Assembly (NCBI GenBank): GCA_964584725.1
Contig: CAZPAP010000002.1
Coordinates: 1-44,028, forward strand
Source: an uncultured Gammaproteobacteria bacterium
Lineage (GTDB): Bacteria; Patescibacteriota; Patescibacteriia; 2-12-FULL-60-25
Direction of reading: 5' to 3'
Length of the DNA: 44,028 nt
In this document: in pieces, positions 25,314 through 35,032 of the stretch
Layout of the letters: each line of letters begins with the position of its first letter
Position numbering within the stretch: position 1 is the first letter of the stretch
The notes under the pieces: model-generated
Seen by the model: the letters and a program-made list of their open reading frames with translations, nothing else
Told to the model about the DNA's origin: nothing
The model's database searches: none
Translations under genes and position numbers: made by a program

Positions 25314-27818
25314 ATGGCAGACAAAGAACAAATCGTTCCCCAGGAACCAATAATCGGAAATGTCATAAACCAGTCGCTGTCTGAAGAAATGCGCAGCAGC
25401 TATTTGGATTATGCCATGTCCGTCATCATCCAGCGCGCCTTGCCGGATGTGCGTGACGGCTTGAAGCCCGTGCATCGCCGCATTTTGTATGCCATGTGGC
25501 AGGAGGGTTTGCGCTCAACAGCCAGGTTCAGGAAGTCTGCGACTGTGGTCGGTACTGTGCTCGGCAACTACCATCCGCATGGCGACTCGGCCGTGTACGA
25601 TGCCATGGTGCGCATGGCCCAGGATTTTTCCTTGCGCTATCCGCTGGTCAGGGGCCAAGGCAACTTCGGCTCCATGGACGGCGACAGTGCTGCTGCTTAC
25701 CGCTATACCGAGGCCAAGCTCTCAGCCATTGCCGAAGAGCTGTTGTTTGATATTGAAAAAGACACGGTTGATTTCATCCCGAACTTCGACGGCACCAAAA
25801 AAGAACCATCAGTCCTGCCGGCCAAGCTGCCCAACCTTTTATTGTTCGGATCAGTCGGTATTGCCGTGGGCATGGCCACCTCCATCCCAACCCACAACCT
25901 CACGGAATTATGCGATGTCATTTCAGCTACGATCGATGATCCTGAAATCGATATCGATGACTTGCTGAAGATTATGCCAGGCCCGGATTTCCCGACCGGC
26001 GGCATCATCTATGACAAGAATGCCATTAAGCAGGCTTATGCCACGGGTAAAGGCGGCATTGTTATCCGCGCCAAGACCGAGATCCAAGAGGAAAAAGCTG
26101 GGACGTTCAAGATTATCGTGAATGAAATCCCATATGCAGTGAACAAAGCGACTTTGCTTGAGAAGATCGCGACTTTGGTCCAGGAAAAGAAAATCGAGGG
26201 CATCCGGGACTTGCGCGACGAATCAAACAAAGACGGCGTGCGCATCGTGATCGAGCTCAAGAAAGACGCATACCCGAAGAAAGTCCTGAACCAATTGTTC
26301 AAGATGACCCAGCTGCAAGAGACTTTCCACGTCAACATGCTGGCCCTTATTGACGGAGGCATGGTGCCGCGCGTTTTGAATCTCAAAGACGTGATCCACG
26401 AATACATCCAACACCGCCAGGTCGTGGTCCGCCGCCGCACAGAATTTGATTTGGCTAAAGCCAAAGATCGCGCCCATATTTTGGAAGGTTTGCGCATTGC
26501 TTTGCTCAAGATCAACGAAGTGATCGAGACCATCAAGAAATCAAAAGACAAAGATGAAGCCAAGGTCAATTTGATGAAGAAGTTCAAGCTGTCAGAGGCC
26601 CAGACCATGGCCATCTTGGAAATGCGCTTGCAGCAATTGGCTAACCTGGAGCGTTTGCGCGTTGAGCAGGAATACAATGAAAAGCTCAAGCTTATCGAAG
26701 AATTGGAAGCCATCCTTAAGTCAGTCAAGAAGATGCTCAGCATCATCAAGGATGAGGTCAAAGAACTCAGGGATAAGTATGGGGATGAACGCCGTACAGC
26801 TGTGGTGCCGCACCCGGTCGGCGAGTTCTCGATCACGGATCTGATTCCGGACGAGTCCACCATCGTGATGCTGACCAAAGACGGCTACCTCAAGCGTTTG
26901 CCGCCGGATACGTTCCGCACCCAGGGCAGGGGAGGCAAGGGTATTGCCGGTTTGTCCACCAAAGAAGAGGACGAGGTAGACCTCATGCTTTCTACGAACA
27001 CGCATGCTGACATCTTGTTCTTCACCACGCGCGGCCGCGTGTTCCAGCTCAAAGCGTATGAGATACCGCAGGGCAGCCGCACGTCCAAAGGCCAGGCTAT
27101 CGTGAATTTCCTACAGCTTGCGCCAGGCGAACGCCCAGCCACGGCTTTGGCTTTGGATGATATTGAAGGCGCCAAGTTCCTGATGATGGTGACTGGCCAA
27201 GGCACGATCAAAAAAGTCGGGCTTGAGGATTTTGCGCATGTGCGTCGCAGCGGTTTGATCGCGATCTCCTTGCACGATGGCGATGATTTGCAATGGGTCA
27301 AGCCGACTGACGGCAAAGATGAAGTCAGCCTGGTGACGCGCTTGGGTCAATCTATCCGCTTCTCAGAAGAGGATGTGCGCGCCATGGGCAGGAATGCATC
27401 TGGCGTGCGCGGCATCAAACTCAAGAAAGACGATTCAGTCATTGGCATGGATATCATCAATCCGAAGCTGGCTGACAAAGGCATGTTCACCTTGTTCTGC
27501 ATTGCAGAAAACGGCGTGGGCAAGCAAACCAATATCACGGAATTCAAGACTCAAGGCCGCGGCGGCTCAGGCATCCGCGCCATGAAGGTCACGCCCAAAA
27601 CCGGCCCGGTTGTCGCGGCTTTCGTGGCCCCGACCGACGAGGAGCGCGACTTGATGCTCATCAGTAAAAAAGGCGTGGTCATCCGCGTGGCCTACAAAAC
27701 AGTGCCAACGCTCGGCCGCGATACCCAAGGCGTGCGCATCATGCGCTTCCGCGAAGAAGGGGACTTGCTCTCCAGCGTGACATTCGTGAATTGCGATAAC
27801 GAAGAAAAAGGGGAATAA
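25314..27818 (+). CDS. gyrA: DNA gyrase subunit A
   Basis: [39 protein letters not shown], active-site context [10 protein letters not shown], and C-terminal beta-pinwheel repeats. Confidence 0.97.
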   Translation: MADKEQIVPQEPIIGNVINQSLSEEMRSSYLDYAMSVIIQRALPDVRDGLKPVHRRILYAMWQEGLRSTARFRKSATVVGTVLGNYHPHGDSAVYDAMVRMAQDFSLRYPLVRGQGNFGSMDGDSAAAYRYTEAKLSAIAEELLFDIEKDTVDFIPNFDGTKKEPSVLPAKLPNLLLFGSVGIAVGMATSIPTHNLTELCDVISATIDDPEIDIDDLLKIMPGPDFPTGGIIYDKNAIKQAYATGKGGIVIRAKTEIQEEKAGTFKIIVNEIPYAVNKATLLEKIATLVQEKKIEGIRDLRDESNKDGVRIVIELKKDAYPKKVLNQLFKMTQLQETFHVNMLALIDGGMVPRVLNLKDVIHEYIQHRQVVVRRRTEFDLAKAKDRAHILEGLRIALLKINEVIETIKKSKDKDEAKVNLMKKFKLSEAQTMAILEMRLQQLANLERLRVEQEYNEKLKLIEELEAILKSVKKMLSIIKDEVKELRDKYGDERRTAVVPHPVGEFSITDLIPDESTIVMLTKDGYLKRLPPDTFRTQGRGGKGIAGLSTKEEDEVDLMLSTNTHADILFFTTRGRVFQLKAYEIPQGSRTSKGQAIVNFLQLAPGERPATALALDDIEGAKFLMMVTGQGTIKKVGLEDFAHVRRSGLIAISLHDGDDLQWVKPTDGKDEVSLVTRLGQSIRFSEEDVRAMGRNASGVRGIKLKKDDSVIGMDIINPKLADKGMFTLFCIAENGVGKQTNITEFKTQGRGGSGIRAMKVTPKTGPVVAAFVAPTDEERDLMLISKKGVVIRVAYKTVPTLGRDTQGVRIMRFREEGDLLSSVTFVNCDNEEKGE

Positions 27819-27835
27819 AAATAATTATAAACAAA

Positions 27836-27868
27836 GTAGAGACGTTGCAGTGCAACGTCTCTACTTTT
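27836..27868. terminator. bidirectional terminator between gyrA and clpP (GTAGAGACG palindrome)
   Basis: GTAGAGACGTTGCA-G-TGCAACGTCTCTAC followed by TTTT, and preceded by the complement of a T-rich run. Confidence 0.7.
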
Positions 27869-27883
27869 ATATGCGGATGTGTT

Positions 27884-28495
27884 TTATTCTAGGACTTTAT
27901 CGATCAATCCGTATGTCTTTGCTTCTTTTGGATCCATGAAATTGTCGCGGTCAGTGTCTAAATCAATTTGTTTGAAAGGCTTGCCCGTGTGCTTGGCCAA
28001 GATCTTGTTCAGCTGATCTTTCATCTTCAGGATTCTTTCGGCGCGGATCTTGATGTCCGTGGCCTGGCCCTCAAAGCCGCCTAGCACCTGGTGGATCATG
28101 ATCTCTGAGTTAGGCAAAGCAAAGCGCTTGCCTGGTGCGCCGCCAGCCAAAAGCACTGCGCCCATTGATGCGGCCATGCCGATGCAGATGGTGGAAACAT
28201 CGCAGGCCACGTGCTGCATGGTGTCGTAAATGGCCAAACCAGCTGTGACTGAGCCGCCCGGGGAGTTGATGTAAAGTTTGATGTCCTTGGTCTTGTCCTG
28301 GCTTTCTAAGAACAGAAGCTGGGCCATCACGATATTGGCCACGTCATCGTCAATCGGCGAACCAAGCATGATGATGCGGTCTTTAAGCAAGCGGGAATAT
28401 ATGTCATAAGCCCGCTCTCCATAGTTGGATTTTTCAATAACTGTAGGCACCAGATAGTTGTCGTTGGCCTGGGAAGTAACTGTGTATTTATTCAT
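27884..28495 (-). CDS. clpP: ATP-dependent Clp protease proteolytic subunit
   Basis: [27 protein letters not shown] (active-site Ser) and MIHQ (His) blocks. Confidence 0.96.
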   Translation of the reverse strand: MNKYTVTSQANDNYLVPTVIEKSNYGERAYDIYSRLLKDRIIMLGSPIDDDVANIVMAQLLFLESQDKTKDIKLYINSPGGSVTAGLAIYDTMQHVACDVSTICIGMAASMGAVLLAGGAPGKRFALPNSEIMIHQVLGGFEGQATDIKIRAERILKMKDQLNKILAKHTGKPFKQIDLDTDRDNFMDPKEAKTYGLIDKVLE

Positions 28496-28544
28496 ATGAT
28501 TACAGGATATAGTATTATTATTTAGCAGTCAAACTCCTTGAGTG

Positions 28545-29513
28545 CTAAGCGACTTTAAAGCCTTTTTCAGTCTCAACAATTCTGCCTTTAAGCGAAAAAC
28601 CTGCCGCTCGTTTGTGCCCGCCGCCGCCGAAGAATTCGGCGAACTTAGCCACGTCCTTGTTGATGGATCTCAAAGATCCTTTGATGGTGCCGTTCTCCAA
28701 ATCATGCAAGACCATGATTGTGCCAGCTCCGCCGCATACAGCATTGATGAAGTTGATCAAAACATCTTTGCCGAAAGCTTCCAATCCCAAATTCTTGATG
28801 TCCTTATCATATATATACGTTGATGCCACATCATAAGTTGCATTCTTTTTCAGTCTGGACAAAGCCAAGCCCCACATCTTGAGTAAAGGGATGTTTTTGT
28901 CTTTCAGCACATGATTGCCGATATCCGAAAACCTGGCGCCAGCCGAAATCAAGCGGCCGCCCATGTCCATGCTCCCAGTAGTCGTTGCGCTGTTGGAAAA
29001 ATAATTCGTGTCCCAAAAAATGCCGGTCAGCAAAGCTGTAGCCATTATTGGATCAATGAAGATTTCGTTTGATTCAAAAAATTGTCCACACAGTTCGCTG
29101 GTTGAAGTCGCACTCGGGTCAATGATATTGATGTCACCGTATTTTGTGTTGACTGCATGATGGTCAAAATCCACGATCAGGGGAGCGTGCTTGAGCCTGG
29201 GCATAAATGCATCCACGCCAGCATAGGGGAGTGAACCAGAGTCAAAAACGATCACAGCATCAAAGATAGCGTCAAATACAGCCGGGTCAGACGAGTACTC
29301 GTAAAAGTTTTCCAAATATGAAAATTGCTTTTCAGGCTGGGTCGCGCAAAACAGCACAGGCTCTTTGCCCTCGCGCTTGAGCCACTGGTAAAACGCGGCC
29401 GTGGCGCCAATCGCATCCCCGTCCGGGCTTTTGTGCGCAATCAAAAGCACGCGCTGCTTGTCTTTGAGCGCTTTATGCAAGCTGGTCAACTCGTGCTTTT
29501 GAGCCATAATCAA
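28545..29513 (-). CDS. DHH family phosphoesterase (NrnA-like oligoribonuclease/pAp phosphatase)
   Basis: HKSPDGDAIGA, DHH motif (FDHH), and DHHA1 motif GGGGHKRAAGF. Confidence 0.85.
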   Translation of the reverse strand: MIMAQKHELTSLHKALKDKQRVLLIAHKSPDGDAIGATAAFYQWLKREGKEPVLFCATQPEKQFSYLENFYEYSSDPAVFDAIFDAVIVFDSGSLPYAGVDAFMPRLKHAPLIVDFDHHAVNTKYGDINIIDPSATSTSELCGQFFESNEIFIDPIMATALLTGIFWDTNYFSNSATTTGSMDMGGRLISAGARFSDIGNHVLKDKNIPLLKMWGLALSRLKKNATYDVASTYIYDKDIKNLGLEAFGKDVLINFINAVCGGAGTIMVLHDLENGTIKGSLRSINKDVAKFAEFFGGGGHKRAAGFSLKGRIVETEKGFKVA

Positions 29514-29553
29514 TAGGCTAGCATAGCCTAAGTTTGGCGCCAGGTCAAGGGGT

Positions 29554-29898
29554 TTATATCTCTCCCTTTTGCTTCAGATCTTCAATGTACTTCTCAATTT
29601 TTTCGGCTTTTTCTTCAGTATGGTCAAAGCTCCAGTGCAAGTTGGGCATGTGGCGCAAATGGAGTTTGCTGGCCATTTCTTTGCGGATGTCGTTTGAATA
29701 GTCTTTTAAGGCCTCGCCTACGGCTTCTTCCATGGCAACTGGCATAACGCTTAAAACCACGTTGGCAAAACGCAGGTCTGTGGTCATTTTGGCGTCCATG
29801 ACAGTCACAAAAGACCCGATCGGAAACTCGACCTTCTGGTTTAGGATGCGTGCCATCTCGTCCCTGAAGTGGGCCACGCGCTGGTCATAAGTCGGCAT
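29554..29898 (-). CDS. rbfA: ribosome-binding factor A
   Basis: Size and pattern RVAHFRDEMARIL...VTVMDAKMTTDLRFANVVLSV. Confidence 0.88.
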   Translation of the reverse strand: MPTYDQRVAHFRDEMARILNQKVEFPIGSFVTVMDAKMTTDLRFANVVLSVMPVAMEEAVGEALKDYSNDIRKEMASKLHLRHMPNLHWSFDHTEEKAEKIEKYIEDLKQKGEI

Positions 29899-29961
29899 AT
29901 CCAGATTATCTTAAAGGTTTGACGCGAGGCCGTAAAGAGCTTATCCTGTGTTCATTGATTT

Positions 29962-32160
29962 ATGTATCTTAGGAGGCTAGAGCTGCAAGGGTTCAAGACT
30001 TTTGCCCAAAAGACTGTTTTGGAATTTGAGCCGGATTCAGACGGGCGCCGCGGCCTGACTGGAATCGTGGGCCCGAACGGTTCGGGCAAATCAAACGTGG
30101 CTGATGCAGCGCGCTGGGTCATGGGCGAACAAAGTCTGAAATTATTGCGCAGCAAAAAATCAGAAGATGTAATTTTTTCCGGCACAGACAAAAAACCGCG
30201 TGCTGGTTTCGCCGAAGTGAACATGACGATCGTCAATGACGACAAGCCTGATCTGGACTTTTCCGAAATCGTCATTACGCGCCGTCTATATCGCGACGGC
30301 CAATCCGAATACGAAATAAACAAGCAATCAGTCCGCCTTACCGACGTCACCATGCTGCTCGCCCAGTGCGGCATCGGGCAGAGGACATACAGCGTCATCG
30401 GCCAAGGCATGGTGGACGACATCCTGTCTGCTTCGCCGGCCGAGCGCAAGGAGTTTTTTGATGAAGCAGCGGGGCTTAAACCCTTTCAGCTCAAGCGCCA
30501 ATCCAGTGAAAATAAATTGGAGGCCACTAAAGAGAACTTGCGCCAGTCCGATGCTGTACTCAAAGAAATCGGGCCCAGGCTGCACTCGCTGGAGCGCCAG
30601 GTCAAGCGTTTGGAACAACGCGATGCTTTGGATGAAGAGCTGAAGAACCTTGAAGCGCAATATTACGGCGGCACTTGGAAACAGCTTAAGGATCTGCTCG
30701 CCTCAGCCAAGCAAAAGCATGAGAAGATGGCGCAAGAGGTCGCCAAAGCATCTTCTGCGTCCGAAGCTTTGGAGACTGAGCTGAACAAGATGGAATCAGC
30801 CAATCCGCCATCTGATGAATTCAGGAAAATACGCGAAAACATTGATGCTTTGGCAGTCCAGCGGGATAAGCTCAGGGAAAAGCAGATGCGGCTTGAGGCT
30901 TCGCGCGAAGTGGCTAAAATCAGGGCTGAGAAGCCGTGGACGCCTTTGCCGCTCTCAAAAATAATCGAGTCCATTGAAGACGTACGCGTCAAACAGGAGG
31001 ACCTGTTGAAACTACTGGAATCCGGAAAAGTAGATGCGGGCAAGCTTAAACAGATCGTTGAAGATCTGAATCGCAAGGTCACGGACTTGGTCGCAAAATT
31101 GCAGAGGCCGGCGCCAGAGCCAGAATCCCAAGCCAGCGATCCGAGCTTGGAAAAAGAGATCAGCGCAATCGCGAATGAGATGCTTGGTTTGAATGAAAAG
31201 ATCAGGGCAGCGCAATCAGGTCTGGAAGAGTGGAACAAGCGCGAGCAAGGCCAACGCACGCATATTTTTGAGATCCAGCGTCAGCTTTCAACGCGTCGCC
31301 AGGAACTGCAGTCTGCAGAACGGCGCTTGAGTGAGGTTGCGGTTGAGTTGGCGCGCGCTGAAACAAAAAGAGACGGATTTTTGGAAGAAGCTAGGGCGCA
31401 TATCGAAAATGCAGACTCCAGACTCGATCAATTGGCGACAGCGGCGACCAGTAACGAACCGTTGGAGGGTATTTTGCCCAAGATCACCAAGCTCCGCACC
31501 CAGCTGGAATGGATCGGCGGCATTGACCCTGAGGTCATGAAAGAATATGAGGAAACGAAAAAGCGGTTTGATGATTTGAATACGCAGGTTGAAGATCTGG
31601 TGAAAGCCATGGTGTCTTTGGAAACGATCATCAAGGAATTGGATCTGACCATCACAGAACGGAGCAAGACATCTTTCCGCAGGATGAATTTTGAGTTCGG
31701 GAATTATTTCAAAAAGATTTTCGGAGGAGGGGATGCCAAGCTGATTGAAGTGTTCGAGGAGCCAGAGGTCAATGAGCTGGGCGAAGTCATTAAAGCCGTG
31801 GATCCGAATGCCGGGCCATCCGGGGTTGATATCCAGGCTACGCCGCCAGGTAAAAGGCTTAAAGCCATCTCGCTGCTGTCCGGCGGAGAGCGCGCCCTAG
31901 TATCTATTGCCCTTATCTGCGCCATTATGGCCACCAACCCCTCGCCCTTCGTGGTTTTGGACGAAGTGGACGCAGCTTTGGATGAGTCCAACTCGGCCAA
32001 ATTCGCCGAAATCATCAGTACGCTGGCTGACAAGACCCAGTTTGTGATCATCACGCATAATCGCGCCACCATGGGACGAGCTCATATTTTGTATGGAGTA
32101 ACCATGGGAAATGATGGAGTTTCTCAACTTTTATCAGTAAAACTACAAAATCTCAAATAG
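29962..32160 (+). CDS. smc: SMC-type chromosome segregation ATPase, unusually short (732 aa)
   Basis: Head motifs GPNGSGKSNVADA, GQGMVDDIL...FDEAAGL, LSGGERALVSIAL, VVLDEVDAALD. Only coiled-coil-like sequence lies between them, with no recognisable hinge. Confidence 0.8.
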   Translation: MYLRRLELQGFKTFAQKTVLEFEPDSDGRRGLTGIVGPNGSGKSNVADAARWVMGEQSLKLLRSKKSEDVIFSGTDKKPRAGFAEVNMTIVNDDKPDLDFSEIVITRRLYRDGQSEYEINKQSVRLTDVTMLLAQCGIGQRTYSVIGQGMVDDILSASPAERKEFFDEAAGLKPFQLKRQSSENKLEATKENLRQSDAVLKEIGPRLHSLERQVKRLEQRDALDEELKNLEAQYYGGTWKQLKDLLASAKQKHEKMAQEVAKASSASEALETELNKMESANPPSDEFRKIRENIDALAVQRDKLREKQMRLEASREVAKIRAEKPWTPLPLSKIIESIEDVRVKQEDLLKLLESGKVDAGKLKQIVEDLNRKVTDLVAKLQRPAPEPESQASDPSLEKEISAIANEMLGLNEKIRAAQSGLEEWNKREQGQRTHIFEIQRQLSTRRQELQSAERRLSEVAVELARAETKRDGFLEEARAHIENADSRLDQLATAATSNEPLEGILPKITKLRTQLEWIGGIDPEVMKEYEETKKRFDDLNTQVEDLVKAMVSLETIIKELDLTITERSKTSFRRMNFEFGNYFKKIFGGGDAKLIEVFEEPEVNELGEVIKAVDPNAGPSGVDIQATPPGKRLKAISLLSGGERALVSIALICAIMATNPSPFVVLDEVDAALDESNSAKFAEIISTLADKTQFVIITHNRATMGRAHILYGVTMGNDGVSQLLSVKLQNLK

Positions 32161-32298
32161 GCTTATTTTAGCCAAAAAATTGCCCTTGACGTGTGGAAAA
32201 CAGCATGAGATATTATGACTGTTCCTTATAGGCGTCTTAAGCAAGATGCCTTTTGTCATCTTTTGGCCTAACAGAGCGTTAAAAGGGCATGACAACCC

Positions 32299-32327
32299 TT
32301 GACAGGCCCAAAGATATGTGGTATAAA
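32299..32327 (+). promoter_or_regulatory. consensus-like promoter upstream of the DUF3006/VanW genes
   Basis: TTGACA, 17 nt, TATAAA, with TG at -15/-14. Confidence 0.6.
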
Positions 32328-32375
32328 TACAAATCCCGCAAATTAGATAAACAAGGTTTTTTCACTTCAGAGGCT

Positions 32376-32482
32376 TTAAGCAATCCGCATCCACGACAAG
32401 CATGGAATCTCTTCGCAGGCTTACGCTGGTCTCCGGACTCGCATCTTCCTGTAAAAAGGTTTCTTGGATGCGGATTGCTTAA
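32376..32482 (+). repeat. perfect 18-bp inverted repeat TTAAGCAATCCGCATCCA around a 71-nt loop
   Basis: Left arm 32376-32393, right arm 32465-32482. Lies in the leader downstream of the promoter. Confidence 0.85.
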
Positions 32483-32560
32483 GGTCTTTGTTTATTTCCG
32501 CGTCTCAGCTAAAATACAGACGCAAAGGATCGACTTTTGCTTAATCAGAACATCCAGCAC

Positions 32561-32743
32561 ATGTTAGAAGGAATCGTAAGGGAAATTCAAGACGACAAAG
32601 TCCTGATAGAAACAGAAAAAGGGAATGCAGCAATTCCTGTTTTTGCTTTTGACCGCGCTCCGCAAATAGGGGAGAAGATCCAGATTTCCGTGTCCAAGGA
32701 CGATGCAGCGAAAAACATAATCAACAAATTACTCACTGAATAA
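32561..32743 (+). CDS. DUF3006-like small protein
   Basis: 60 aa from the ATG at 32561. MLEGIVREIQDDKVLIETEKGNAAIPVFAFDRAPQIGEKIQISV resembles the DUF3006 pattern. Immediately precedes the VanW gene. Confidence 0.55.
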   Translation: MLEGIVREIQDDKVLIETEKGNAAIPVFAFDRAPQIGEKIQISVSKDDAAKNIINKLLTE

Positions 32744-32745
32744 AT

Positions 32746-34578
32746 ATGTCTGAATCAAAAGCAAAAAATAAATTGTTGCGGACGGTTTTGGCCTGGACAG
32801 GCATTACGGTCGGACTTCTATTTTTGCTTTTCATTATTTTCGGTTCAGGCGCACTGGTCTATGCCAAGATGTATGAAGGCAAGATCTATCCAGGCGTCAA
32901 AGTCTTGAATATCAGGCTGGACGGCTTGACTCAGGAGGAGGCGCGCAAGCTGGTGGACAAGAATATCGATGTGGCTTTGGCCAATGGGCTGTCTTTTACA
33001 TTGAACGGACAAACAGCGAATCTTTCGATTTCATCTGGCACTGATTCGCCTGATTTGGTCAGGTTTGATGCGGACAAAGCAGTCAAAGACGCTTATAAAG
33101 TCGGGCGCGAAAGCGGCGTCCAGAAAATCATCTACGAGATCCTGCGAACGCGGATTTATCCGATGAGCGTGCCGGTCAACATTGAATTGGATGAGACAGG
33201 GATCACGACCGGACTCAAAGCCCAATTGCACGAAAAATTGCCGGAACCGAAAAATGCCACGTTCAATTACGTGACCAAAAAAGGCGCAGAACCTGAAATA
33301 AAGATCATACCTGAAGCAGACGGATCGGAATTGGATTTAGCTGGAGTTTTCGAGAAACTGACTGCCCAGGCAAAAGTGCTGAACTTCCAGCCGATGACTT
33401 TGCATGTCAAAAAAATAAAGCCCCAGACCAAAACGAGCGACTTGGAACCTTTGTTGCCTCAGGTCGAAAATATTTTGGCGCGACCAAAACTGAAATTCAC
33501 ATATGATGGCAAGGCTTATGCCATTTCAACATCGACTTTGGCCACTTGGATTACGGTCAATCTGGAGAACAAGCAAGTGACTTTGGATAAACTGAGTTTC
33601 GCCTCAAGTATCCGCATGCTGGCTAAGGACGTTGAAGCCGAAAGCAAGACCGGCAAGCTGGAGATCAAAGACGGAAAAATCTCTTCGTTCAAAGCCGGTA
33701 CTGTCGGCCGCAAAATCAACATAGACAAGACATTGGACCCGGTCCTTAAATCTTGGCCGCCCTCATCCACTTTCCCTTTGATCGTGGAAGAGGCGCAGGC
33801 GCAGATAACGGGCGATGAGCTGGACCAGTTCGGAATCAAGGAATTGATCGGAGTCGGCACATCAGACTTCAGGAATTCGCCGCCTAACCGTTTGAAGAAC
33901 ATCAAAAAAGCAGTCAACGAAAAAGTGAATGGAGTCTTGATTGCGCCTGGCGAAACTTTTTCCATGCTCAAATCTTTGGGAGAAGTCGATGGTGTACACG
34001 GCTGGTTCCCTGAGCTGGTCATCAAGGGCGATAAGACTTTGCCTGAATTCGGAGGTGGGTTGTGCCAGGTAGGAACAACCATGTTTCGGGCTGCGATCGC
34101 CACGGGTTTGCCGGTCGTGGAAAGGCGCAATCACTCGTATCGAGTCGTGTATTACGAACCAGCCGGCACGGATGCCACGATCTATGACCCTTCGCCGGAC
34201 TTGAAGTTCACCAATGATACGGGCAAATATATCTACATCAACGCCTATATCACTGGTACGAAAATCTATTTTGAGATGTGGGGCACGAAAGACGGAAGAA
34301 CAGTGACCCAAACCAAGCCCAGCATCTACAACATTGTTGCGCCGCCACCGACCAAACTGACCGAGACTTTGGATTTGGCGCCCGGCGTCAAGAAATGCAC
34401 TGAATCAGCCCATGCTGGAGCTGATGCTGATTTTTCCACGACTGTAATCTACGCAGACGGCCAAAAACGAATGGACAGCTATCATAGCCATTACAGGCCT
34501 TGGCAAGCTGTTTGCCTCATTGGAGTAGCTCAGCTGACTCCGCCGACAGACGCGACCCAGGTAACGCCAGCGCAATAA
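32746..34578 (+). CDS. VanW family protein
   Basis: N-terminal TM anchor. VanW core GGGLCQVGTTMFRAAIATGLPVVERRNHSYRVVYYEPAGTDATIY. Confidence 0.85.
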   Translation: MSESKAKNKLLRTVLAWTGITVGLLFLLFIIFGSGALVYAKMYEGKIYPGVKVLNIRLDGLTQEEARKLVDKNIDVALANGLSFTLNGQTANLSISSGTDSPDLVRFDADKAVKDAYKVGRESGVQKIIYEILRTRIYPMSVPVNIELDETGITTGLKAQLHEKLPEPKNATFNYVTKKGAEPEIKIIPEADGSELDLAGVFEKLTAQAKVLNFQPMTLHVKKIKPQTKTSDLEPLLPQVENILARPKLKFTYDGKAYAISTSTLATWITVNLENKQVTLDKLSFASSIRMLAKDVEAESKTGKLEIKDGKISSFKAGTVGRKINIDKTLDPVLKSWPPSSTFPLIVEEAQAQITGDELDQFGIKELIGVGTSDFRNSPPNRLKNIKKAVNEKVNGVLIAPGETFSMLKSLGEVDGVHGWFPELVIKGDKTLPEFGGGLCQVGTTMFRAAIATGLPVVERRNHSYRVVYYEPAGTDATIYDPSPDLKFTNDTGKYIYINAYITGTKIYFEMWGTKDGRTVTQTKPSIYNIVAPPPTKLTETLDLAPGVKKCTESAHAGADADFSTTVIYADGQKRMDSYHSHYRPWQAVCLIGVAQLTPPTDATQVTPAQ

Positions 34579-34590
34579 ACCGAAAGATTG

Positions 34591-34599
34591 TGGTATAAT
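34591..34599 (+). promoter_or_regulatory. extended -10 element TGgTATAAT of hsp20
   Basis: The -10 ends 6 nt before the ATG at 34606. This implies a leaderless or near-leaderless mRNA. Confidence 0.5.
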
Positions 34600-34605
34600 C
34601 TCAGC

Positions 34606-34968
34606 ATGCAATCATCAGCGCTTGATTGGTCTTCGAACTTTGAAGAAGGCCAGCTCTCGGTAGACGTGTATCGCAAAGGCGATATGCTGGTCATCAAATC
34701 CTTGGTGGCCGGAGTCTCTCCGGATGATTTGGATATCTCTATCCATGGCGATTTGCTCACCATAAAAGGTAAGCGCGACATGAAAAAGGAAGAATCAACC
34801 GAAGATTGGTTTTATCAGGAGTGCTATTGGGGGTCTTTCAGCCGGTCAATCGTATTGCCATACCAGGTCGCGGCCGATGCCACAGAAGCTAAGCTGAAAA
34901 ACGGTATTTTGGAAGTCAGGATTCCTATTCGGGCTGATGGCAAGCAGGTAAAGGTCAAATGGGGCTAA
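34606..34968 (+). CDS. Hsp20/alpha-crystallin family small heat-shock protein
   Basis: Alpha-crystallin domain pattern DVYRKGDMLVIKSLVAGVSPDDLDISIHGDLLTIKGKR...FSRSIVLPYQV...AKLKNGILEVRIP. Confidence 0.9.
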   Translation: MQSSALDWSSNFEEGQLSVDVYRKGDMLVIKSLVAGVSPDDLDISIHGDLLTIKGKRDMKKEESTEDWFYQECYWGSFSRSIVLPYQVAADATEAKLKNGILEVRIPIRADGKQVKVKWG

Positions 34969-34994
34969 GATAATAAAAAAATTACCCACATGTT

Positions 34995-35014
34995 CCCGCA
35001 TTTGCGGGTTTTTT
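34995..35014 (+). terminator. hsp20 intrinsic terminator
   Basis: CCCGC-ATTT-GCGGG followed by TTTTTT. Confidence 0.6.
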
Positions 35015-35032
35015 AGCGCTTGTTTTTGTGGT

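Noticed and set aside
26036-26878. 280-aa antisense ORF inside gyrA (similar cases: 18376-19050 and 20011-20721 in rpoC, 30663-31259 in smc, 33516-34130 in VanW, 16646-17140 in rpoB)
   Set aside because: All lie wholly inside strongly recognisable conserved genes on the opposite strand. They have low-complexity Ser/Leu-rich translations and no start signals.
32289-32567. 92-aa + strand ORF in the smc-VanW gap
   Set aside because: It starts inside the promoter hexamers and reads straight through the 18-bp inverted repeat. It has no SD or compositional support. The DUF3006-like ORF more plausibly starts at the ATG at 32561.
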